From positions 335,181 through 399,180 of the forward strand of contig NW_003314319.1 of assembly GCF_000143415.4 (NCBI RefSeq): a DNA stretch of 64,000 nt, given 5' to 3'. Both the position numbers and the translations under genes were made by a program. This document shows, piece by piece, positions 50,723 through 62,800 of this stretch (positions are counted from its first letter, which is position 1; each line of letters begins with the position of its first letter). Below the pieces are notes generated by a model. That model had not been told where the DNA came from and ran no database searches. It was given only the letters and a program-made list of their open reading frames with translations. Origin of the DNA: Selaginella moellendorffii. Lineage: Eukaryota; Plantae; Lycopodiophyta.

Positions 50723-51463
50723 GGCTTTTTGAGAAACGCCGTCCTGCTGAAGGTTATTTATCACATGACTAGCCGGCGATTGTACAGGGAGGGAGAAAAA
50801 TAAAAAGAAATGTTTGACACGTTCCATCAGAAAGCTATTATGTCACGCTTGAAGTTGTGATGGCGATTGAGGCCTCCAACTTGTCAGTCTATGATCTACT
50901 TCTTTAGTTCAGCGTCTCTGACTGTCCGGAAAGGTCGCGTGCTACGATGCTCCACTCAGTTTTGTGCCAATGACAAATAAAAACTTTTAACTCATGTGCT
51001 TACCCTAGTCCTCAATGTGAGCTGTTTGACTGCAATGCTTAGCATGATCGATCTAGCTTTAAGTTCGTCAGCTGGATTTTGGAGAGGCAAAGACGGAACC
51101 TTTCTCACGTTAAACGCACCTCTAAATCTTGAAATGCTGGGCAGACCTTGAATGAGCTTCGAAAAATTTCTAGTACCTGTTTTTGCTAATGCTCACTCTT
51201 TGAAGCTTGCACTTCTCCTCTTTGTTTATCATTTCCTTTTCCTTTTGAACTTGCCGTGCATTAGTTTCCTGAAATCTGTGGTAAGTGAATAGCAAACCTT
51301 GGTTTTCTATATGCCAGGCCCTTCTTGCCCAATCTTGGTTTCTTTTTCTTTGGTGCAGAAACACCAGATCTGCTCTTTGAGTCTCCATCTTCCGCTCCCA
51401 CGAGACCAGCAACATCTCGTCAAAATCGACATAACCACAAATGTCAATTGTCACTGGCCATGT

Positions 51464-51467
<4 letters not shown>

Positions 51468-51505
<38 letters not shown>
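51468..51505. repeat. (CT)n microsatellite
   Basis: About 19 perfect CT units. Confidence 0.95.
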
Positions 51506-51506
<1 letters not shown>

Positions 51507-51769
51507 GTGTCTTCCTCTAACAACAGCAACGACCACTTTGTGAGTACCTCACTGCTACCCCAAACCTGCACGATGTGCTTGCCATCGTTGAACCCGTCCT
51601 CAACTCCACACTAGTGGTAGATAGGATGGTCTGATGCATCTTTCGTGGGTCCTCATGACATGAAATAGCTGTTATTATTATTATATGGCAACTGTAGATG
51701 TTCAACGCCCCAGGGTCAGTATAATCAATCTACGCTGTCCAGGCTATATATTGTTATTGCAGCCCTCCA

Positions 51770-52185
51770 GGGGCTTTCTATCCGGCATCTATTGAGTTCG
51801 TTGTTGCTTGTTGTCTCCAGTGTGAGTTTGTGAAGGTAATGGCTGGTTCGCCACTGTCCTCAAGGCTCTCAATGTTGGAGAGGAGCTGACTACGAATGAA
51901 GTGCTTGTGTCCCCAAACGCGCGCTACAAGGCTTGCTCTTGCTCATGAGCAATGACGGCGATGTCATAGCAAGCAGTAAGAAGGTTGGAAACGCAGTGGT
52001 GGCTATTATTTACCACTGCATGAGGACGCCACTTTTAGTATCGAAAAGAATGGTGGCAATGTTGTGCTGTGGTAGAATGGGATTAGCCAGGTGGAAGGAC
52101 CTCAATATCAGCTGGTTGTTACCAATGATCCCAAGCTCTATGTCATGGTTGGTGGCAAAACTGTGAACATCATTCTGGAATGAGT
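51770..52185 (+). pseudogene. Bulb-type (B-) lectin domain pseudogene
   Basis: LNVGEELTTNEVLVSPNARY / LLMSNDGDV / LPLHEDATFSIEKNGGNVVLW* / YQLVVTND across frameshifts. Confidence 0.6.
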
Positions 52186-53519
52186 GCCTGACTCGAATAT
52201 GTGTATGTACTTTGGGCAATGTCAAGATCTCGACATTGCAGATATCTGAATAAATTTGGACGTTTACATATATATGGTCTACCTTTTCTTTTCGTTGCTG
52301 GCCAAGATCAGCACAAAAGAGAAGAAATCTTCAGGTATGGCCTCTGCATGTACTCTTCAATATTTTGTTTATTTATTCCTTCACTACGATCTGCTCATAT
52401 CTAGGCAGCAGGGGGAACAACCACTGCTTGGATGTTGGACATTAGTTTCGGGACTGGGTTGCTCCAAGCATCACTCTAGACTATGGCGCTCGATCGAGGT
52501 TTGGACATGGCACTAGATGCAGAGCTCTAGACTATGGCGAGGAAGAGACGGACATTTTTCCATTCCATCTCAGTTAGAAACCACATGCCTATTCATCTAG
52601 AATAGAATTGGAACAACTCCTGGTCATTTCAGAAATAGAGGCAACGAGAGTCAATAGCTATCTCAATCGATTTCACCAGAGTAGCCAGACCTGGAGACCA
52701 TCCCCGTTAAGGAGATAATGCTACACTGAGACCGTTGGCCCCAAGGATAGAATTGAGTTTTGTCACCCATATCACAAATTAAGTTTCAGTGCGCCGTTTT
52801 GGATTCAGACAAACTGCCTAGAGTTTCGAGATCAAGGATCTGAGCTTGCATCACCATGCTTACATCGGAATTTAAATAGAATCAAAACACCGTGTACCTG
52901 AGAGTTCAAGGGTCGGGATGAGAAACGTTTTGACTGCCCTCCGCGCCCTCAGATGTCAGACTCCAGTTGCTTCAGAACGCACTGAATTTACGTGAAGAGC
53001 TGCATCAAACTTAAACGTTGGTTAAGTATAACCTGAAAGCTCGTCGCAATATTTGAACACGTATTAAATTAAAGAAGAGCGGGCCAAGGAGCTACCGACT
53101 GCTTGACTGGTGATCAAACATGTTGTTATAAGCTTTCAAAGGTTACTGGCCAATTGCAAGGCTATGGCGAGGAAGAGACGACGCTATTGTTCCATATCTA
53201 CAGAGGGTGTGAATCCACACACACTCACACACATACGCTGTTAATTGAAAGAGGTTGTTTCTTCTTTTTTCTTTTGGAAGCTAAGCATTAACTGACTGTA
53301 GCAATTGAAGCATTTTTTGTCATTAAAATCTTTAAGAGATATACAGTAGGTTGGCAATAAAACACAGATGTCCTTTGCCACTGGCCATGTGAAGCTTAGA
53401 TGTCTGATGTTACCTCCTTGGTTGCTTTGGTGTATGACAGTACACACTTCACCCACTGACACCGATGTTCAATATCATGTGGTTTTTTTCTTTAAAATAA
53501 TCCTCACTATCACTTGGCA

Positions 53520-54340
53520 ATACTAGGTTGATCATGTCTGATTTATCGTACAATTATTTGTCGGGGAAGATTCCATCGACCTTGGGTAACTGCCCGAGGC
53601 TACAGTCACTCGATCTCACTCCAAGGAAAGATCCCGGAGTCTGGGCCAGCCCTCCATGCTGCAAAGTCTTTCTCTTGATGTGAACTTACTTGATGGTGAG
53701 ATTCCCTCGAGCCTAGCACGGTGCTCAAGGCTTGAGAAGCTTTCCTGCTGTGGCAATCGTCTCACTGACCTTCTTGGGACAGTTCCATACCAAGGGACTT
53801 TGTGAATCTCTCAAATTCCTGGAAGAGGAATGACATCGAAGGAGAAGTTCCAACTTTTCTCTTTGCGCACGAGGGTCTTGTGGGTTTTACGCCTTGCTGC
53901 GAACAAGTTGGAATCATTTAGCTACGATTTCCAGGCCGATGGAGTCGTATGGAGGTTCTGGAACTACGCTTCAACCAGATAACAGGCAGCATTCCATCGC
54001 AAGACTTCAGCTACTTGCCAGGTTTTTGAAGCTCATCTCCTCATCCCAGGAATGAAATTTGAGCGCGTTGACAAACTTTGACGTGGCATTCAACATGCTG
54101 CATGGGAAGTTCCTGTTTCTTTGTCCTTGTGCGTCAACATGAGCCACATTGACATGGGCGTGAAAAATTTCAGTGGCCAGTTTCCGCCGGAAATTTCCAA
54201 GCTTGAGCAGCTTCAGTTCTTTCTTATTTCGACCAACAAGCTGGGAACCTTGGCACTTTGGATCTCGCGAGAAATAACCTCTGGAACCTGACGAGCATCA
54301 GCAAGTGATTTGTCCTCGAACTCAATACCATCTCGCCTTG
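53520..54340 (+). pseudogene. LRR receptor-like protein/kinase pseudogene
   Basis: LSYNYLSGKIPSTLGNCPRLQSLDL, LDVNLLDGEIPSSLARC and FNQITGSIPS; multiple frameshifts. Confidence 0.8.
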
Positions 54341-54469
54341 GAAAGCTAAACCAGTTCTCGGGAGAAATAATGTTTAACTATTATAATTTAGTTATTTAAG
54401 TAGACATAATACAAATTGACAGAAATTTAAGAGATTTGTTCTTGTTAGCTTAGTTGTAAATTTGATGTT

Positions 54470-55060
54470 TTTCAGAATGTCTGCCATCCAAATATTTTTT
54501 ATAGACATTTATGATGTGCTCCTTGTACAAGGTTCACTTGTAGATCAGTGGATTCCTTGTTAATAGGCCCTATCACAGCATCCTGGGATGGATTGAAAAA
54601 TGCCATGATGGAGAGGTGAGTTTGATCAGGCTGGACAAGGACCTGGTGCTCAATGCTCTTGTATTATTGCTCAAGATCTTGGAAGAGAACAAGAACCATG
54701 ATTAAATCCATCAAAGTATTATAAAAGTGGTTATTCAACTTACTTCAGGAGTCTGCCGACTTGATCTTCAAACAGGATTGTCAATCTGCTGCATTCATTG
54801 GGATTTGGGCATGGCGGATAATAATTCAATTGCAAGATCATTTTCGAGTCTCCAAACAATTTTGGTAGGTGGCTTGAATCTAGCTTGAGTCCTTCAAACA
54901 ATGTTGATAGCAAAGTCTTACTCAGCTGTTTCATGCTTGTTTCATGCTTGAAATATAGTTGGAGGTGAGCTTCCTGGCCAAGGCACAATATTCCATCTGT
55001 ATAATACTTCATACATGAACCATATCTTCCATGGTTGTAATAGGAATGCCAATGTTGATT
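54470..55060 (-). pseudogene. Divergent, decayed 2ODD paralogue
   Basis: LNYYPPCPNPN and ILFEDQVG present, HTD motif deleted, exon 4 homology. Confidence 0.85.
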
Positions 55061-55191
55061 TATAAATTATAAATATGTTTATAATTATCAATCAATTAAA
55101 TTATTCAACAATACTAAACATAATTATTACGTATTTACTAATGCAAAAGCTTTATAGTGAGTGGCCTTATAGACATTTCGGCAGCTAACAT

Positions 55192-56862
55192 CTATTTACC
55201 AGTTAGTCTCTTTTGAAGAGTGATGCTATAAAACTTTGTTGTTCTAATGGACAATATCAAGCTCACAACGGATGCAAACAAGCACACTCCAGCCATGACG
55301 AAGAAGGTTGTTCTGTAGCAATGTGGTCCATGGCAAAGGAGTTCATCACCATCCAAACTTCCATCGCTTGGTCCAAGCTTACTCTCGCGGTCGTATAAAA
55401 CTCCTGCCACCTGGACGGACAAAACATAAGTTCCCAGCGCCTTAGCGACGTAAGTTACGTTTTGGAGCGTCCCATAGAACCTGAGCCCGAAGATCTCCGC
55501 TATCATGGTGTAAAGAACAGACCACTGGCCACCGATTGACAGCCCAATCAAAACCGAGCCGTAGAAGAGCGCTCCGGGAAGCCCAAGAGCGATTATCAAG
55601 CTCCCAAGCGAGAGAAGCAAGAGAACCATGCACAGGAAGAAGGGCCTTGCGACGCCATAGCTGGCGAGGCATATGTCTGAGATGAAGCCAACGCCAACGC
55701 CACCGATGAAGTCCCAGATGCTAAGGAGGGCGATGAAAGTGTTTGTTCCGGCCTGGGAGTAGCCAAGGGACGTTCCAATCTGGCCGAAATTGTTGGTCAC
55801 GGTTAGCACAGCGCCAATGCCACAGGTTGAAGCCACGAAGATGAGAAACATGTCGATGCTACAGAGCGCCTGGAGGATTGTGAAATCGTCTCCTCGCTTG
55901 ACGGGCGATCCTTTAAAGAAGAAGATCGAAATGTGCGAGGCGATAGCTGGAGCAGCGGCGTCTGCTCCATGATCCGGAGGATCTACGTCTTGATAATCTA
56001 TTTGAGGAGTTTCTATCGCTGCGTTCTCCATTAGATCAACATCAACTTCTTCGCGATGGCGATGCCGGAGGGTTTTGGATTCCTGTCTCAGAACCACAAG
56101 AGCTGGGATGGAGAGAATGATCAGCATAATGGAAAAGAAGGCCTTGATGATCCGAGATTCTAGGCGCACGAAATGCTGGAGGATGATAATAGCCATGAGA
56201 TATCCAGCCAGGATCAAAGTTACTGACAAGAAGACGAAGAGCGTTCTCGAGTCATTGTAGCGGCCGTCGAGTGGGACGGATCGAATGACAAACGCGAATA
56301 GAAGGCACAAGAGTGATGGAAACCAGGCCAGCAAGAGAACGAATGAATCGTCACTGCGAGAGAAGAAGGCCTGGTAAAGCAGCGTGAACATCGCAACGCT
56401 CAATCCCTGCGTACTGTCGAGAAGACTAAGAACCATGCCCTGGTTTTTGGGGAAATTCTTGGCACAGGCCACAAGAACAGCGGTAGTGGTGAAGGCTGCC
56501 GATGCGCCGATCATAAAGAGATAGAAACAGAGTTCCCAGACATGGGGATGGGCGATTCTCTGCGTTGTAGCCAGCCATATCGTGAAGTATCCAGCAAAGT
56601 TTAGCGCGAATCCAAGGAGGAGCACGACCCAGGGCCCGGTGAGATCATAGAGGAGGCCGGAGAGAATCCCGACGCTGGTGCCAACGTCCTTAAAGAAGCT
56701 TATGGTGTTGATATTCTTTTGGTTGTAGTCGAGGGACAGCTTGAGATGCTGCGAGAAGAGGCTGAAATTGTTGAGTGATCCTCCAGAAGAGATCATGAGG
56801 AAGAAACTTGCCAATGCAACCATCCATCGACTGTTGTAGAGGTGTTTGATGGTCCCAACCAT
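55192..56862 (-). CDS. Nodulin-like / NFD4-like major facilitator superfamily transporter, intact and intronless, 556 aa
   Basis: KDVGTSVGILSG, NFPKNQG, GDDFTILQALCSID, NFGQIGTSLGY and CHGPHCY; many hydrophobic segments. Confidence 0.93.
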   Translation of the reverse strand: MVGTIKHLYNSRWMVALASFFLMISSGGSLNNFSLFSQHLKLSLDYNQKNINTISFFKDVGTSVGILSGLLYDLTGPWVVLLLGFALNFAGYFTIWLATTQRIAHPHVWELCFYLFMIGASAAFTTTAVLVACAKNFPKNQGMVLSLLDSTQGLSVAMFTLLYQAFFSRSDDSFVLLLAWFPSLLCLLFAFVIRSVPLDGRYNDSRTLFVFLSVTLILAGYLMAIIILQHFVRLESRIIKAFFSIMLIILSIPALVVLRQESKTLRHRHREEVDVDLMENAAIETPQIDYQDVDPPDHGADAAAPAIASHISIFFFKGSPVKRGDDFTILQALCSIDMFLIFVASTCGIGAVLTVTNNFGQIGTSLGYSQAGTNTFIALLSIWDFIGGVGVGFISDICLASYGVARPFFLCMVLLLLSLGSLIIALGLPGALFYGSVLIGLSIGGQWSVLYTMIAEIFGLRFYGTLQNVTYVAKALGTYVLSVQVAGVLYDRESKLGPSDGSLDGDELLCHGPHCYRTTFFVMAGVCLFASVVSLILSIRTTKFYSITLQKRLTGK

Positions 56863-57309
56863 GATCCTAAGCTAAACTTTAGATTGAAATAAGAGTGGAG
56901 AGCCTATATTTAAAGTATGGATAGTTTTTCTACCTGGCCCTTCCAGAAAGAAAATGTGTCCAAGCGGCGCACAACAACGAGGAAGGTCTCTGGCATTTCT
57001 GCATCCATCAGTCTCATGCTTGACAGCTATCTATTTAGGTTATGTCGATAATCTCGTGACTGATGGATGTAGAAAATCGAAGCCGCGATGTCTCCTTCGC
57101 TGCTGCTGCCGGCTTTGTCGCTTACTATCCAGAGTCTCGAAAAAGAAAAGACGTGACGTGTTAAGGAATTGAGGTGGTGGCCACGTGGGCTGCCACCTAG
57201 AAAGAAGATCTTTCGCGGCCACCAACTTGGACTTTAACATCATGAAAAATCAACTATATAAACCCACCAATTCTATGCAATCTCGTTCATCTTATTTCCT
57301 CTTAATTTT

Positions 57310-59157
57310 GTAGCTTCCTTTGTTGCAAATGCCAATCAGCAGACTGATGTTCTTCCAAAGGGTGTCAAAGCTCTTATGGATAATGGCCTCGTTACCATTC
57401 CTGGCCGTTATATCAAACCTCCCAGCCACCGAGCTGTGAAGCATTTGATCATTCCCGGAGTGGAGATCCCTGTGATTGACATGGCTGCATTGGAGAGTGA
57501 CCGAGAGAAATTTGTTCAAACTTTGTGCAAGGCTTCAAGTGAATGGGGCATCTTTCAGGTATTTTGATGTGTACCTGCTCAAAAGGATCATTCATAATAT
57601 GATGTCACATGCAGGCTCTTAGGCAAGGCCGACTAATTCTGTTTGAATCCTATCCCTTACACCCTAAGCCAACTGGCTAAAGGGGTGATCACTTGATTGT
57701 AGGGCTCTTTCTTTATCCTATTATCCTGACCTGGTGCCTAACAATCCTCCCCCTCGTCAAGGATCGTCCGCGATCATATTTATGCCACCATCCGGTCACC
57801 ATGGTTCTTCTCTTAGGGTCTACCAAACTTTGGTTCTCCCTCTAGATCCACTATGTTGAATATTTCTTTAGAATATTCCTGCCCCACTCGTCAGCCACGA
57901 GAATCGAACTGAGCTCCGATACCAATGTTAGGATTCTATCCCTTACACCCTAAGCCAACTGGCTAAAAGGGTGATCACTTGATTGCAGGGCCCTTTCTTT
58001 ATCCTATTATCCTGACCTGGTGCCTAACACATTTACTCTTTCTTGCTCGAGGGCCTGGGAGCGGAAGATCACTCGCAACACCACCTCAAAGTTAGGATAT
58101 GCATCACTGATGGAGATCGAAACCACAATATGTTGCCGATCAACCATGGGATTCCTGTTGCAACCATGCAAGGCATGGTCCATGGAGTGCTTGAGCTCTT
58201 TGATCTTCCTATTGAGGGAATTTATATGTTCACAATTAAGAAAAATTATATTTAAAATTTTTTATTTTTTATTTCATCAAGACTTTTGAATTTTAAAATC
58301 TTATATACATATATTTATAAAAGAGAAGATGAAGTATTATACGGAGGAGGTGTTTGTGCCTGTGCGGTACTGCATGAGTATGACACCTTCTCAAGAGACT
58401 CATATGGAGTGGCACGATCACTTTCAACACTACTTTTCAAACAGAGAAAAAGAGCATCCATGGCCGAAAAAACCAGCCTGCTACAAGTAAATGAGCTTGA
58501 CTAATCTGGATTTCATGAGATTGCTTGGTTTCTTGGATATTGCAGGAGGCTCGCTTCCAGCTATGTTTCAAGTGTGAGCCATCTGAGCCTCTGATGTCTG
58601 CTTTGTCTGAAGGACTTGGGCTGGATTCAAACCGCCTCGTGAAATCATTTGGAGACTCGGAGATGATCTTGCGATCAAATTACTATCTGCCGTGCCCAAA
58701 TCCCGACCTTGCTCTTGGGATGAATGGCCACACTGATAGTGGCGGTTTGACAATCCTGTTTGAAGATCAAGTTGGCGGACTCCAGGCCAGGAAAGGTGAT
58801 CTCTGGTACGACTTGAAGCCTATAAAAAATGCATTCATTGTGAACATTGCTGATCAGCTTGAAGTAAGTGACTTGGATTGATTTTTATCATGGCTTTGTT
58901 CTTTTCCATGCCAGATTTTGAGCAATGGAAAATACAAGAGCATTGAGCACCGAGTCCTTGTCCAGCCTGATCAAACTCGTCTCTCCATCGTGGCATTTTG
59001 CAATCCATCGCGGGATGCTGTGATAGGACCCCTGCCAGAACTTATTGATGAGCAAAACCCGCCACTCTACAAGTCAACCTTATACCAAGAGCACATCACA
59101 AATGTCTACACAAAATATTTGGATGGCAAGCATTCACAAAAGCTCCAAATAAAATAA
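57310..59157 (+). pseudogene. 2ODD copy 3, inactivated
   Basis: ATGCCT deleted at the start; insertion 57616-58137 containing a TRIM; ~105-bp AT-rich insertion near 58218-58322; small frameshifting deletion near 58588; YYLPCP. Confidence 0.9.
57640..58029 (-). mobile_element. TRIM (terminal-repeat retrotransposon in miniature), 390 bp
   Basis: 104-bp TG..CA LTRs 57640-57743 and 57926-58029; PPT 57744-57754; tRNA-Met PBS 57913-57924 (TGGTATCGGAGC); non-coding interior. Confidence 0.92.
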
Positions 59158-59289
59158 ACCGCTCTGGACAACAAGCTGTTACTAAAATAAAATAATAGAA
59201 AGAATAAATCTTCTATTTTATAAGAGAGAACTGTCTCCAAAGATCTCTACAAAGGCAGGATGCTCCACAACTCCATTCTTGCTTCCAAT

Positions 59290-59852
59290 CTTTGCTGTTG
59301 CTAGTTCATTTGGTGTTCATGTACATGGAACTACAGCAGGCTTGGAGATCTTCAATGTCTACTAGCTTGAAAGATCTATTGTGTTCCCAAACTCTCCAAG
59401 CCGAGACACCCAATTATCACATCGAAGACCCTTCAGGCATCTGTGAAGCTTTGCAATTATAGAGATTAGTGATGCATGGAAGAGATCCTATCTCCAGAGG
59501 CCCTGGAAGCGCCAAAGTGAAGCAAGTCCAAGACTGCATTGGTGGACAAGTCCACGACTGAGGCAACCCAACCATGGATCAACAGTACTAGTTGTCTATA
59601 TGAATTGTTTGGCATCACTTGGCCACCTCATCATGCTGGATCTCAGCAACAATTCACTCTTTGCCATAATCCCTGGATCACTGGGTGATATTCCAATGCT
59701 ATGGACAACCTTGATGCTCAACTAAATCTTCAAGATCTTCAACAAGGAGCTTCCAAAATTTCTGGAGAGGTCATTGCCATCCACTTCCTCAAAACTAGCT
59801 AGTTGCTTTTTGTTTTTGGTTTGCTGCTCTATCTTCCAAGATTTTGCATAGG
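59290..59852 (+). pseudogene. LRR relic, copy 3
   Basis: Homologous to 26150-26647 and 39708-40270. Confidence 0.6.
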
Positions 59853-59853
59853 A

Positions 59854-62800
59854 TGTTCGGTGCCAACTTTGACCACGTGGTCAATGTCAATTGGCATATT
59901 AGGGTAAGAAACTTAACTTAATTGGAGTGGTAGTGCATTGGAGGTAGCTTAGAGGTAATTGGGTGCTTAAGAGGAGGTATAGTGTAATTTAGGGAGATTA
60001 AATTTTTCTCTTTTAACACCAGATCATTAGTTGCAATGGTCGACCAAAATAAATGTTGGACCATTTAAAATGTTGTTCATGAGCTGCTAGTCTCAATAAA
60101 AGATGCAAGACGAGATGCATGGTATGATGGATACCATGCATGAGTGTGTTAAGGCACTCAAGGTTGGATGTGGTGGCACTCCAAGTAAGAGTTCCTTGGT
60201 AAATTAACTCAAGATTTCAACCTTTTTTAGTGATGGTGGTGTAGATGAGTGTCTAACTTGGTTGGCTAATTTGAAGAAGTTTTTAGCTGCTAAAGGAATT
60301 CTAGATGCAAAAGCTTTAGTGACTATTCTAATGGTTTTGCATGGTGTAAGTTTTTGATGGTGGAATTGGCTTGAAGAGTTTTCTGTTGCGGATAAAAGAC
60401 CACTAGTGTTCACCATAAATGAGTTTGAGGCTGTTTTTCATTCACATTTTTCCTTCACTATGACATGGAAAATGTTCATATAGAATTTTGAGATTTTCAA
60501 CAAAGGAAAATAATGTTTAAGGACTATATTGAGAAGCTTACTCATTTGATTAGCTGTGTTTTAACAAAGGATCTAGATAAAAAAAAATCTTACTTCATTG
60601 ATAGCTTTCATAGTGAGAGTAAGTGGTAACACTTACGTCATTTTCAGTTTACAAAGAGTTTGAAGAAGCTCTTTGATACAACTCATTGATTTAACAATGA
60701 CAAATATAAGTCTCGCAAGTATTTGTCAAGAATCATTATAATAATTGTTGTGGACACAAGGATAGGAACAAGAATCACAAATTAAAGTATATAGTGGCTA
60801 CTTTGGATGCAAAGGGGTTAAAAAAGTAAAAATTCTTTATAAAAAATTATAGACAAAGTTATCATCATTGTAATAAGTTTGGACATTATAAAGTTGATTG
60901 TTCATAATTGAAGAATAAATAGTAGGGCAAAAAAAATGGTCAATCTTCTACTGATAGTAAGTAAGATATTAAAAAAGTTTGTAAACTTTGCAACACGAGG
61001 ATGATGGAGTTGACCATTTTTGTCAAAGGAAGAGGTTTTTAATCATTGCTTGTTAACTCAACTATATGTGAGAAAAAATAGAGCTCAAGGACATTCATGC
61101 ATCAACTTTAATGCTGGAGGGTGTGTTTTATGGTGATCTAGTGTGGATTTTATTAGATAGTGGGAGCGATAACAATTTTGTTTCAGCAAAGTTTGTTAAG
61201 GAGTATGGCTTAGTGCCACGAGATGTTTTTCTATACATAATGGAAAATGCAACTACTTATGCTTAGCATTTTGATACTTTTGTTAAGGGTTAGAAGTGTT
61301 GGTTGGCAAAACCACACTTTAAAGATTTTTTATCTCATAAATATCCATTATATGGATCACATTTTTGGGATGCCATGGTTGGTGAAGGTGGATGCAAAGA
61401 TAAAATAAAGTATTAAGCATATCTCGCTGGAGTATAATATTATTAAAGATGTGTGGTTTGGAAAGGGAGTTCAACTTTCGGTTGTTATACTCTCTATTAC
61501 ATCTTTGAAATGGGCTTATCATAATGGAAAAACATTTTTGAGTTACTTGCTGTTTATTCATGACTTAGGGACCAAGGCATGTATTAAGGAGGGGCAGCAA
61601 TTACTCAAAGAGTTTTCTGATGTTTTTCCATTTGAACTTCCTCATGGGTTACTTCCATTATAAGGTGTGGAGTATGGGATTATGTTAGAGTTAGGGATGT
61701 GGCTAATTTACCAATGTTCATTTCGATTGAGTTATATAAAGGAGTAAAAAGTTCAATGACAAGGAATTATTTGAGTTTAGATTTATTCAGCCAAGTAAGT
61801 CTTTATTTAGTGCTTTGATTTTGTTTTTGAAGAAGGACAATTCAATGCAAATGTGTATTGATTACCATGCCTTAAACAAAAAGATAGTGAAGGATAAGAT
61901 ATCAATATTGCATGTAGATGATATCCTAAACAAGTTTAGTGAAGCATTTACCAAAATTGATTTAAAGAGTGAATATCATTAGATTGCAATGGATGATGCA
62001 TTTATCTCTAAGACAGCATTCAATATGAGTTTCAGGCATTTTACAGTTATGCCATTTAGTTTGATAAATGCACCCACCACATTTACTTAGTTGATGATAG
62101 AGGTATTTAGGCATTATCTTCATGAATTTTTGGAAATTTTCTTGGATGATATTCTTGCTTTCAACAAAAATATAGAGGAGCATAAGGTGCATTTGCACAA
62201 GGTTCTTTTGTTACTATGTGACAACAAACTTTATGTGAAGAAGAGCAAATACAAGTTTGCAAAGTTGGAGGTGGAATATCTAAGCTATATTATAACATCT
62301 AAGGGTGTTAATATAGAGCCAAGAAAGGTGGTTGTGGTGGAGAACTAATCTACACCAACTTTAGTGGCCAAGTTATATAGCTTCTTTGGTATAGTTAGTT
62401 ACTACTGACATTTCTAACACAAGTTTGTAGAGGTGATTATTCCTTTGACATGGTTGTTGCACATGATCATGCTAATCAAATGGAAAAATCCATATAAAGA
62501 TATTTTGTGGTATTGAAATGATTGTTGAGTGATGTTCTAGTGCTTTACATTTGTTGATCCATCAAAACCTTATGAGGTGATATATGATGTGAGTGGTTAT
62601 GCACTAAAAAGAGTTTTCATGCAAGAGGAATAACCTATTGCATATAAGAGTTGAATTATGCTTTATTTCGTTAAAGTGGGACTTTTCATTATCCCACTTA
62701 TGGTGTGTGGCCACATGCCATTTTTATAACAACAATAAAAAATTGAAGTTTTAACTTTATAATTTATAAATTAAAAACTTTTCATATGATTTTGTGTTAT

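Noticed and set aside
57640-57743. Cassandra (5S-bearing) TRIM
   Set aside because: No 5S rRNA A/C-box sequence in the LTR.
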